A stretch of DNA of 64,000 bases from an uncultured bacterium (lineage in GTDB: Bacteria; Poribacteria; WGA-4E; JAJDTR01). Position 1 is the first letter of the stretch; each line of letters opens with the position of its first letter. The stretch spans positions 33,290-97,289 of the forward strand of contig CAYZGU010000007.1 in assembly GCA_964478165.1 (NCBI GenBank), read 5' to 3'. This document shows positions 52,795 through 62,139 of this stretch, piece after piece. A program made the translations under genes and the position numbers. The notes below the pieces were generated by a model. That model was not told the DNA's origin. It saw only the letters and a list, made by a program, of their open reading frames with translations, and searched no databases.

Positions 52795-53658
52795 TTAGTC
52801 CGCTGGAAAGCGGTAAGAGTAGCGCTTCATCGTTTCATGGTCCGATAAGCCAGACATTTCCAGCGCGTGGTCTGTAACGGGCAAATAGTAATGGGTTTCG
52901 GCTTTTAAAGAAATGAATCCTTCTGCGTAGGCGCAACCGCTGGCATTACCGAAAGCGCCGTCATTGGTTTCAATCCGCTTTCGAGCGTAGTCGCCCCCGT
53001 ATCCCTGGCTGACTAAGCAATCGAGCGCCGCTAGCTTCTTGTCTACGACATCTGTGATGTCGACAAAGACGTTGTTGTAATAGCCGCCCTCGGATCGCCA
53101 TACGTTCGCAGGTACGCCTGCCGCACCTGTACCGAAGAAGTAGACCGCCGCCACTCGGTGTGGTGGGTGTCGATCTCCCGGATCCACGCTCGCGGCCAAG
53201 GAAATGGCGTGCATGACTATTTGTCCGGTAATGGCGTGTGCATTTGTTAGTGCATCATTCTCTTTCGGGAAATGGGTCAAGACTACGTCGGGTTTCAGCT
53301 CGCGTAATAGTTCTGCGAGACGCCTAACGGTCTCTTTCCGTACCAGGAGGACTGCGTCATCCTCTCCGAAGAAATGGATGTCCTCGACACCTAAGATTTT
53401 GCAAGCGGTGCGAACCTCATTTGACTTGACAGCTGACCGCTCTTCCATCAGTTTCAACAACTCGGGTTCATCCGGAACCTTTTTACGATGAAACATATTG
53501 TCGCAAATTACGACGTCGTGTACACGGGCTCCGTGTGTCAACACAACGCAAGAAACATAATCACCTCGCTGGGTGTGGTGGACCATGGTTCCCCCGGATT
53601 GGTCAAAAACATCCGCAGGGTGTGCTCCGATTGAAAGAATGCGCAGTGATTTGCTCAT
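52795..53658 (-). CDS. PIG-L/LmbE family deacetylase
   Basis: ILSIGAHPADVFDQSGGT N-terminal metal-site motif (a variant of AHPDD) and a downstream H-x-x-H-like region NAHAITGQ. Confidence 0.7.
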   Translation of the reverse strand: MSKSLRILSIGAHPADVFDQSGGTMVHHTQRGDYVSCVVLTHGARVHDVVICDNMFHRKKVPDEPELLKLMEERSAVKSNEVRTACKILGVEDIHFFGEDDAVLLVRKETVRRLAELLRELKPDVVLTHFPKENDALTNAHAITGQIVMHAISLAASVDPGDRHPPHRVAAVYFFGTGAAGVPANVWRSEGGYYNNVFVDITDVVDKKLAALDCLVSQGYGGDYARKRIETNDGAFGNASGCAYAEGFISLKAETHYYLPVTDHALEMSGLSDHETMKRYSYRFPAD

Positions 53659-53726
53659 AGTCTTTCTCCGTTCTCATGTTGAACTTATGTTAGCGACTCA
53701 TGTGGCGTTGTTGTACGCAGTGTACC

Positions 53727-55166
53727 TTACCCTCCGGCGATGCGAGGCTGTCCTTCATCAGTTGCTAACATCACGGCATCGAATAGACATCGTAGCAACT
53801 CCTGTTTTGTTGCTGTCGTTGCGTCGTTGTCCCACAAGTTTTCAAACTCGTGTGGATCTACCTCTAGGTTGAAGAGCTCTCCTTGTTGCGTATCGTGGTA
53901 AACTGTCAACTTGTGCCGGCCATCAAAGATCATATTGGCATGACTGGCATTGGGCAGATCCAGTGCATCGTGATATTCGCAACGGACGAAATCACGGTGC
54001 GTGGCTGACGCTGATTCCCCGGTCAAGATTGGTATTAACGACTGTCCCTGCAGATTTTCGGGAACACTGAGGTCAGCAAGCTCAAGCAACGTAGGGACAA
54101 TATCAATCAATTCTACCAGTGCGTTGCTAATGAATCCTTGCTGAAACTGCTCTGGCCAAGAAATAATGAGTGGCACATGTGCCGCTCCTTCGTAGAAGCG
54201 ACAGCCCTTGCGCGTCAAACCGTGATCTCCCAGCATTTCGCCATGGTCGCTCATGAAAATGATTACTGTGTTTGCTCGCTGACCACTTCTATCTAGGACT
54301 TCTAGAATACGCGCCAATTGTGCGTCAATTAGCTCGACTGATGCATAGTAGGCCGCTTGAACCTCGCGGGCTCGGAACTCTTCTGGTCGTGTCGCCCTGG
54401 ACTGGAAGTCGATGTTGTTCAATCGCTCCTGATGTGTTAAGTCAGTCTCTCGGAAGAGTGGTCCTGGTAGGGCGGCAGGATTGTATCTGTCTAGGTATTC
54501 CTGCGGTGCGCTATAGAATGGACCAAATGGATGGGGATCAAATGGATTTAAGCTCATCAACCATGGCGCATCACGTGCTTCACGGATGAAATCTATTGCT
54601 TCGTTCGCACACCATGTGGTTTGATGATAACGCGTCTCGATGGCGACGCCCGCTGTCGCGTGCACCTTCTTACGCCAGGGTTGGCTTTTTGGATAGGAAT
54701 TGAACCAGTCTATGCCATGATTTTCCAGCCATTGATGATAAGCGTGGTACTGTATTGGCCAATAGGATTCGGGTCGGGGGTGATGCGACCAGCGAAAAAC
54801 GCGGTAGCCATCGTTAGGTCTCGGTTCTACTCTTCCCGTGACTGCGGATAAGTGTAGCTTGCCTACCAGGCCGCAGTCGTATCCTGCATCGGCCAGCATG
54901 CGAGTAACTAGTTGTGCGTTCTCTGGGAAGTAGGCGTTACCGTTTCGAGTAACGTGAATCTGGCTCGGATAGCGACCAGTTAGGAAAGACGCCCGGCTAG
55001 GCGTGCAGACTGGACTTTGGCAATAGGCAGAAGTAAAGGCGACACCCTCCGCGACAAGTCTATCCAGAGTCGGGGTATGGATGTGCGAATTTCCCAGAGC
55101 GTGGATTGTATCGTAGCGTTGCTGATCGGTACATATCCACAGGATGTTGGGCGGACTGGACGCCAT
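53727..55166 (-). CDS. Sulfatase (Cys-type formylglycine enzyme), no signal peptide
   Basis: PNILWICTDQQRYD metal site, formylglycine motif CTPSRASFLTGR, GKLH, and DHGE-type motif SDHGEMLGDHG. ATG 55166 follows GAGGAG. The ORF-track start at 55220 is an extension. Confidence 0.85.
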   Translation of the reverse strand: MASSPPNILWICTDQQRYDTIHALGNSHIHTPTLDRLVAEGVAFTSAYCQSPVCTPSRASFLTGRYPSQIHVTRNGNAYFPENAQLVTRMLADAGYDCGLVGKLHLSAVTGRVEPRPNDGYRVFRWSHHPRPESYWPIQYHAYHQWLENHGIDWFNSYPKSQPWRKKVHATAGVAIETRYHQTTWCANEAIDFIREARDAPWLMSLNPFDPHPFGPFYSAPQEYLDRYNPAALPGPLFRETDLTHQERLNNIDFQSRATRPEEFRAREVQAAYYASVELIDAQLARILEVLDRSGQRANTVIIFMSDHGEMLGDHGLTRKGCRFYEGAAHVPLIISWPEQFQQGFISNALVELIDIVPTLLELADLSVPENLQGQSLIPILTGESASATHRDFVRCEYHDALDLPNASHANMIFDGRHKLTVYHDTQQGELFNLEVDPHEFENLWDNDATTATKQELLRCLFDAVMLATDEGQPRIAGG

Positions 55167-55488
55167 GGAAAGGCTCCTCGTCGAAAGAAAAACATAACGT
55201 CTTGAACTCCTGGAGTTCAAGCGTGCATTGAAGTCGCAGATGTTTCTATTTTCCGCTTCGATCCGAATTCGTGAACTGCATCCAGATTCACTTGATAAAT
55301 AAACTTCAGACGTAAATTCAAAGGACTGTCCAATCTAGAAATGGCTCAGAAAAAAGAACAGTGCGTTGAATCCGATGTCAGAAATGGACAGACACCAGTG
55401 TACTCGTTCTTGGGATTTCGGTCAACTGAAACTTTCGTTACTTTGTTATCTGTGACGATTTGTGCTTGCGTCTGGGGGCCTGTTTCGT

Positions 55489-56280
55489 TTAAGAATCATT
55501 ACAGCCATGTACTGGGTCTTTATCGGGATGATGAGAACCCACGAGACGCAAATCATCTTGGGGAAAGTACTGTATCTCAGCATCTTGGGCCGCACGCCGA
55601 GTTGGGAGCGACTGACTCAATAGTCGCAGACGGTCTTCATCCGTTAGGTGCGGTTGAATACTGGTTGTAAATTCTGCGAATGTTTCTGGTATAGTTGCCG
55701 TTGTGGTATCAAGCACGAACCGTTTGCGAATAAGCGTACGATCATATTCTTCCTGGAATCGCTTAAGGAGGTATTCAATGTCCCCCTCCTTTACGGGTCC
55801 TTTAGGACGTGGGTTTTTCCGCATGCGTTTCACAATAACACCGGGTGAGGCTTTCATCAGGATAAGTACTGTCTCAGGCGCTTTCTTCATAATCTCTGCT
55901 TCGATAGATCGGGCTAGCACCTGGCGATCTGCATATGCTCCCGGTTTACCGTAACCGTAGTATAACGGCGCATACACCGCTTCCTCAACATGAAAACCAA
56001 TCAGACCATGGTCGCTATGAGCATAAAAGGACGGGCTGAGATGATACTCAAGTGCGTAGCGCTGGAACATTTCTTTCAGTTTCGGACTCAACCCCATCAG
56101 TTCCTCCTGTATTTTAACTGAGAGTTGAGAATTGATGGGGGGGCTTTCTCCAGATGGAAGGTTGAAATGATCGTGGAAAAACGGGCGATGTGAACCGGTG
56201 TTGCGCTGGAGCCATTCTGTGATTAGGAGCTGAAGCGTTGTTTTGCCCACATATTCACAGCCAACGAGAATAAGTTTCAT
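55489..56280 (-). CDS. P-loop NTPase of unassigned family (paralogue A)
   Basis: ATG after GAGGGA. Walker A in MKLILVGCEYVGKTTL. Shares blocks FHDHF, MFQRYA..YHL, SDH.L.GFH.EEA.YAPLYY, TVLIL..ASP and LDTT.ATI with paralogue B. Confidence 0.6.
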   Translation of the reverse strand: MKLILVGCEYVGKTTLQLLITEWLQRNTGSHRPFFHDHFNLPSGESPPINSQLSVKIQEELMGLSPKLKEMFQRYALEYHLSPSFYAHSDHGLIGFHVEEAVYAPLYYGYGKPGAYADRQVLARSIEAEIMKKAPETVLILMKASPGVIVKRMRKNPRPKGPVKEGDIEYLLKRFQEEYDRTLIRKRFVLDTTTATIPETFAEFTTSIQPHLTDEDRLRLLSQSLPTRRAAQDAEIQYFPQDDLRLVGSHHPDKDPVHGCNDS

Positions 56281-56324
56281 GTTTTTCCCTCAAGTTAGTG
56301 TGATGCGGAAGAGAATCTGGACCA

Positions 56325-57164
56325 TTACACTTGTTCCCAGCGACTTGGGTTTATGCCCGGAGCTTCGCTAGTCATGTCGGGGGGCTTGTTAGCACCATGA
56401 AAATCCCAATGTCGAGTGTTACAATCCACATACAAGGGACGAAGATTGTCGGACAATTTCGCCACATCTGCCTCATCCCAAGTCGGGACATCTCTTGTGG
56501 GGCTTCCCCACGCTGGGCGGTAAGCTATCGCCAGCATTTCTCGTGCCCAATTGCCAGTGTTGGGACAGTTTCCGTGAAACACCTTGTGATTGATTAACAC
56601 CGCCGATCCAGCCTTTGCCGTAACTACGACCTCCTCAGTATGAGATTCGTAACGTGTATATGGGTTACCATCGGCGTGCATGGAGAGGTGGGATCGCGGT
56701 ACAACCCGGAAAGGAGAAACCTGAGGTGTAAGATCATCAAGATAGTAGAGGACCCGAACCATTACAGGAACGCTGCCCTCATAACCAAAAATGGCAGACC
56801 CGTAAGGCTGTCCATCGGTATGTAGACTAATCCCTGGGTGGCCCGGTTCAGAACGTGCATATGCGTATGCCATAACGAGGAGCTCCTTGCCGAAAAGTTT
56901 TCTCAGGAAGGAAAGGGTTGGAGGATGAGCTGCTAGTTGGGTGATTGCGCCGCCGATGAACTGGATGCCGGGGCAGCTCCTTTGGTGCGCACTGTAGTCA
57001 ACAGGCCGCGTTTTCAGTTTCGCAGTCTCGGCCTTTAAGCGTATCACGTGTTCAGGGGTCAGCAAATCGGGCAATAGAAGATAACCCTCTACTTCGATTT
57101 GACGTATTCTTTCACCGAGTGTCAATTTTGACCAATCACGGTCGTCTATACGTTGATTATGCAT
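56325..57164 (-). CDS. PhyH-like Fe(II)/2-oxoglutarate dioxygenase
   Basis: IEVEGYLLLPDLL N-terminus, HxD in ISLHTDGQ, distal His in VLINHKVFHGNCPN. ATG 57164 lies 8 nt after AAAGGAG. Confidence 0.7.
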   Translation of the reverse strand: MHNQRIDDRDWSKLTLGERIRQIEVEGYLLLPDLLTPEHVIRLKAETAKLKTRPVDYSAHQRSCPGIQFIGGAITQLAAHPPTLSFLRKLFGKELLVMAYAYARSEPGHPGISLHTDGQPYGSAIFGYEGSVPVMVRVLYYLDDLTPQVSPFRVVPRSHLSMHADGNPYTRYESHTEEVVVTAKAGSAVLINHKVFHGNCPNTGNWAREMLAIAYRPAWGSPTRDVPTWDEADVAKLSDNLRPLYVDCNTRHWDFHGANKPPDMTSEAPGINPSRWEQV

Positions 57165-57281
57165 AGCACTCACTCCTTTAAGTTACGCTTCTTGTGCCTA
57201 AGTGTTAGTTGGTAATGTGCGAGAGAGTCTCAATAGTTTTGTATCACGCAGCATGGAAAAGATTGTTGCATTGCAAAACAA

Positions 57282-57968
57282 TCAGCCTCCAGTGTGTGCT
57301 TTATGGAATTCCTCACCCTGTTTTAGGGCATGGTGAGTCATCATTCGCAGTCGATCGGTCTCCGTCAGATGCGGGTCGATGCGCGCAACGAAATTTGTAA
57401 GAGTTTGCTCTATTGTCGCTGATGTAGTATCTAGCGTAAACTTTCTGAACAGAAGCGATCGTTCGTATTCCATCTCAAACCGTTGAAGAACGAATTCAAT
57501 GTCCTCTTCCTGCACGAGTGCATATTGATGGGGGTGTTCTCGCATCCGTGTCGAGATTACTTCGGGTGAAGCCCTTAGCAAAATAAGTACGGTATCCGGT
57601 GCCTGTTCTAGAATTCGCTTCTCGACTGACCACGTAGATGGGTGCGGATTGCATGAGACGTTGTAGCTGTAGTACAGTGGTGCATAAATGGCCTCTTCGA
57701 TGTGAAAGCCAACAAGCAGGTGATCGGAATCGCTGTAAAACGGCGCATTGAGATGATACGCCTGCGCATAGCGCTGGAACATTGCTTGAAGTTCTGGAGA
57801 CATCCTCAAGAACTCCATCTGCTCGTCTGCGGATAATTCAGACGGAGGAATTGTGAAGTGATCATGGAAGGTTCGACCACCGCCCGTTGTTTCTTTTAGC
57901 CATTTTGTAATCTTGTTAGCTAGTGTTGTCTTACCGACGTATTCACAGCCGATTAATATCAGCCTCAT
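57282..57968 (-). CDS. P-loop NTPase of unassigned family (paralogue B)
   Basis: ATG after AAGGAGAGG. Walker A in MRLILIGCEYVGKTTL. Roughly half of positions are identical to paralogue A in a by-eye alignment. Confidence 0.6.
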   Translation of the reverse strand: MRLILIGCEYVGKTTLANKITKWLKETTGGGRTFHDHFTIPPSELSADEQMEFLRMSPELQAMFQRYAQAYHLNAPFYSDSDHLLVGFHIEEAIYAPLYYSYNVSCNPHPSTWSVEKRILEQAPDTVLILLRASPEVISTRMREHPHQYALVQEEDIEFVLQRFEMEYERSLLFRKFTLDTTSATIEQTLTNFVARIDPHLTETDRLRMMTHHALKQGEEFHKAHTGG

Positions 57969-57999
57969 TACCTCTCCTTTTTCTTTTCCCAGTAGCGTC

Positions 58000-59850
58000 T
58001 TACAAGGGATCAACCCAAACTGGACTAGCCCAGGCCATATTGCCGTCTTTTTGAGTGATCCTCAGGTAGTAATAGTCGCCCGGACAAATTTCAGTCTTGT
58101 CTACATATTCGAATGTGGTTTCCAACGGTCCATGGGTGCTACTGTGAAGGAGCTTATTATTCTTAATGATTTCCACCATGGCAAAGGGCGCTGTTCCTGC
58201 GGCTTGCACCTCAATGTGTCGTTGTTCGCGAAGTCGTAGTTCAGATCCCATTCTGTGACCATTCACCTGAAAATCGAGCCAGATACGATCAGTTGCAGCG
58301 TAACAGCGTCGAGCGAAGAGCGCGTCGAAAATCGCTGCTCGCGTGTTTTCTGATGCGTATACAGCAGTTAATCCGTAGATGCCGGCCATATAACCAGGAG
58401 ATCCTTTACTCGCTCCCTGGCGACGTCCAGGCATTGAGAGGTGTGAGTCAGAACAGGCGATAAAACCAAAGCGCAAACCATCAACTAGCGCCGCCTGAAC
58501 GCTGTTGCCTTCATCCAATGGACCACGGGCCTTGGGACTGTGGACGGTCTCGCTACAATGAAACGGCGAGTAAATTTCGACTAGTCGTTCGAAATGCCCC
58601 GATATATCCAATTCTTGCCAGCGTTTTCCCATCGGTGGCATGTCATGTCGAACAATCATGACCTGTTCGTCCTTGATTAGATTCAGCAGATCCTGTGGCT
58701 GTTTACTGGTTTCTGAGTTTCCCGGATAATAACCCCCAGCGGCATTCTTGTAGAGAACGCCAATCGATTGCTCCCAGTCTCCAGACCACTCATAGCCCAG
58801 AAATGTTGTGAATTGACCGTGTTCATTTGCCCTATCAGCCGTGTGCATTAGATCCTGCCATACTCCATCACTAAACGTATCGTGGTCTGTTAGCGCGCAG
58901 AAGTCGAGATAGCCAATGTTTCGTGCGTAATTGTAATAGAACTCAGGCGTGTGCGTACCGTCCGAGCAATATGAATGACCATGAAGATCTCCCCAAAGTA
59001 CGTTCAACTCATCTGATTTCCGTCTACAAACCACCGGGGGACCCACACCGCATAGAGGTCTTACGCCATCGATGTTAACCGACTTCACCTTGACGCGGTA
59101 GGTTCCTTCCTCCTGAAAGACGACGCTATCTGGAAAACGCCTTGAGCCAAGATCGTCAGGTTTTAGGACAAAGTCCGTTTTGCTCACATCGCCCGTTTCG
59201 CCAGTTGACACATTAAAAGCGCCGTGGAAGCCTTCTACATGGTTTCCAAATTGGTCTGTTACCGTAATCTGCAGGTCCTTAGTTACTCTCGGCTGTGTTT
59301 CTGGATGAGTCCGTACCAGAACTTGGCTAGGGGAAGCCGTGACAACTTTCAGGTGAGGCATTAATTCTTGTTCGACAAAACTACCATTACCATGACGGTC
59401 GACATTGCATACCAATTGCCAATCACCATAGGTCGGATGGTGCGCCACTTCAATTCCAGGGCCTCCAGCACGTCTATCGCCAATAGTCACAATTAGTGTG
59501 TCACCGGCCTCCATTCCTTGTTCGCAGAGGAGCGTGAAGGAGGAACGCCCCGCATCCGATTGGAGTTCCACCGGTTTCCCATTGTGCGTATCGGTGGTCA
59601 TGTAACCCACTTGCTGGGGGTTATCCGTCTGGAATTGGAGGCGGGCGAAAAACACAAATCCTTTGGATGCTAATCCGTAGTGTGGCGGAGTTCGATAAAA
59701 GGGTGATTGTGAGAAATAGACCCGGATGCAGCCGCCAGAAGAAATCTCTTCTTCTACAGAGATGGTAAGAATGAAAGTTACCATCTCACCGCAAACAAGA
59801 GTCCGATCAGTCTCAATTTGACAGGAAATGACTCGATTTTCTTGGACCAT
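58000..59850 (-). CDS. PHP-superfamily metallohydrolase (DUF3604 / CehA-McbA-like) with an N-terminal beta-rich extension of about 290 aa
   Basis: Motifs WGDLHGHSYCSDG and LDFCALTDHD, later ACSDSH, and the C-terminal NMAWASPVWV typical of this group. No signal peptide. Confidence 0.6.
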   Translation of the reverse strand: MVQENRVISCQIETDRTLVCGEMVTFILTISVEEEISSGGCIRVYFSQSPFYRTPPHYGLASKGFVFFARLQFQTDNPQQVGYMTTDTHNGKPVELQSDAGRSSFTLLCEQGMEAGDTLIVTIGDRRAGGPGIEVAHHPTYGDWQLVCNVDRHGNGSFVEQELMPHLKVVTASPSQVLVRTHPETQPRVTKDLQITVTDQFGNHVEGFHGAFNVSTGETGDVSKTDFVLKPDDLGSRRFPDSVVFQEEGTYRVKVKSVNIDGVRPLCGVGPPVVCRRKSDELNVLWGDLHGHSYCSDGTHTPEFYYNYARNIGYLDFCALTDHDTFSDGVWQDLMHTADRANEHGQFTTFLGYEWSGDWEQSIGVLYKNAAGGYYPGNSETSKQPQDLLNLIKDEQVMIVRHDMPPMGKRWQELDISGHFERLVEIYSPFHCSETVHSPKARGPLDEGNSVQAALVDGLRFGFIACSDSHLSMPGRRQGASKGSPGYMAGIYGLTAVYASENTRAAIFDALFARRCYAATDRIWLDFQVNGHRMGSELRLREQRHIEVQAAGTAPFAMVEIIKNNKLLHSSTHGPLETTFEYVDKTEICPGDYYYLRITQKDGNMAWASPVWVDPL

Positions 59851-60045
59851 CTTTCGCTCGCTTTCTGTACTATTGATTCGGTGTCATGCTGAATTCATGT
59901 ATTGACCGTACTAAGATTGGAACTCAACCCCAGGTGGGTTCGCGCAAAATCACACTAGGTGCCGTGGATGTCTCCTGCCGTTTTCTCTTTCCGGAGAAAT
60001 TCTTACCAGGCTGTTTTAGTCGTTCTGCCTGTTCAACGCTGACTT

Positions 60046-61185
60046 TTACCAGTTGGTAAATGAGCCATCGAGTCGACGAAGCTTTGGCAATTCGCTCATC
60101 TGCCATACTTGTTTCGAGGCTAGTTCGCGGACGAACTCAATGCCTAAGCCCGGCGCTGTCGGGGGAAACAGATAACCGTCCTTCCACAAGGGCTGTCCCG
60201 GTATCAGATCTGTGAGGATTGTTCCAGGTCGAATAGGTTGCTCCTGAACACCAAAATTGGGACAAGCTAAGTTCAGGTGTAAACAAGCTGCTGTTGAGAT
60301 TGGGCCCATTGGGTTGTGAACAGCCAGCTTAATATAGTGTGTCTCACACCAGCCAGCAATCTTTTTTGCTTCGGTTAGTCCACCGGCATGACAAAGATCG
60401 ATACGCGCGTAGTCAATCCATTCCTCTTCTATAAGCTGGCGAAACTCCCACTTGGAGCAAAACTGTTCCCCAGCGGCAAGAGGAACCGTTGTTCGGGGAC
60501 GTAGATTTTTAAACGAGTCGGGATTCTCCGCTCGAAGAGGATCTTCAATGAAGAACGGCCGGAACGTCTCAACCTCTTGACAAAGCCAAAGCGCATCAGC
60601 TAAGTCCAGGCGCGTATGGATATCAAAACAGATCTCGATGTCATCGCCGACAGCTTCACGAACTGCCTCAAATTGTTTGATGGACGCAAGTATAACCGCG
60701 CGAGGCTCAAGCGTTTCTCCATCATTTGGCAGACCGAAGCGTACAAACTTCCAGCCAGCCTCTTTGGTCTTTATGCATGATTCAACCAAAGGCGTAATTT
60801 CCATCTGGTGCCCAACATTATGGGGATAACAGACGACTTTGTCTCGCACACGACCACCGAGTAATTCATACACGGGTACATCAAGGGCCTTTCCTTTTAT
60901 GTCCCACAATGCCATGTCTATGGCCGCAATCGCGGCGCTCTCGAGTCGCTGAGCGGGAAAGAATAGGCCCCGAAAGAGCATTTGCCAGATATGCTCGATT
61001 CTGCTCGGATCTTGACCAATGAGCATAGGCTTGAAGTGTTCAATGATTCCGATTATTGCTTGTTCACGTCCCGTACTCCCGGCTTCGCCAACACCATAAA
61101 TTCCCTCATCGGTATCAACCACCACAAAGACGAAGTTCCAGGTACTGTTCCAAATTGGAAAAGCTTCAATATTTGTAATTATCAT
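60046..61185 (-). CDS. Enolase-superfamily dehydratase, D-galactonate/D-mannonate dehydratase-like
   Basis: ATG after AGGAGGA. MIITNIEAF...VVVDTDEGIYGVGEAG, LIGQDPSRIEHIWQ, AIDMALWDIKGKALDVPVYELLGG. Close in pattern and length (379 aa) to DgoD. Confidence 0.85.
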   Translation of the reverse strand: MIITNIEAFPIWNSTWNFVFVVVDTDEGIYGVGEAGSTGREQAIIGIIEHFKPMLIGQDPSRIEHIWQMLFRGLFFPAQRLESAAIAAIDMALWDIKGKALDVPVYELLGGRVRDKVVCYPHNVGHQMEITPLVESCIKTKEAGWKFVRFGLPNDGETLEPRAVILASIKQFEAVREAVGDDIEICFDIHTRLDLADALWLCQEVETFRPFFIEDPLRAENPDSFKNLRPRTTVPLAAGEQFCSKWEFRQLIEEEWIDYARIDLCHAGGLTEAKKIAGWCETHYIKLAVHNPMGPISTAACLHLNLACPNFGVQEQPIRPGTILTDLIPGQPLWKDGYLFPPTAPGLGIEFVRELASKQVWQMSELPKLRRLDGSFTNW

Positions 61186-62139
61186 TCTGTCCTCCTGTTT
61201 GATTCTGACAAAAAAGTCCTGAGGGTTCTTCGATTCTTCCACTACCTCGTGGCCGATCGCATTGCGAAATGTCCATGTCATTCTCACTTCAACAATACAC
61301 TGAAGAGTCGGTCCCAGGATATGTTATAAGAGCTTAGCAGCTATTTTCTCTCGATGAACGGCATTTTCGCGAGCGCTAACAAAACGGTTTTTGATAAGAG
61401 ATCGTCAGTCAGGGTTCCAGTAACGAGACACTTCGGCATTCTCTTGGACGCATTTGATGGAAATGTTTGGGCGCGTGGAGAACCAGTCCAATCGTCCCCT
61501 CGACGTATGCCATGTTCTGCGTCTGATAAACCGATTCAATTCCAGGATAATTAGTTTTCTAGTCACGGACGAGGTCCGTTCTATTTACATCGTTCAAGTC
61601 ATCGAAGGCGTCGACGGGACGTTGATCTATAGTACTGATTCTGAGATCGGCGCCCAATTTGACCCAAGATCGGGGAATGTATCGTAGGGTACTAAGCCAA
61701 CACTCTTCTACTGCGCATCTACATCATTAGACATCCGACTATGCCCTATATTCCCCAGAAAAGAACTACAAGTATGGCTCTTTTGCGTTCCTGATGATGC
61801 TGTCCAAGCGGTGGCTTGTGTAGAAGTAGTAGAAGCGCGTCCTTTTTTTGACGGAGACATCATTGGGATGTGAGTGGAGGTGTCCTCATGCAATAACTAT
61901 ATCGCCGACCGCATGTCGCGTGTGGAACGGTGAGCACTTTCTCGCCGGCATCCTTCAGGCGTATCTCATGATTAACGTGGACTCTGACACCTGTTTGACA
62001 AAGAGATTAAACAGTTCAAAATTGTGACTCATTAGTTTTGTTTGTATTTGTAGCATAATCTTCCAATCTGAGAACGTGAATCACTCGGTTTACTTTCTAT
62101 TTACGGCTGTGACAGAGCCATTCCTCAAAAGATGACCAC

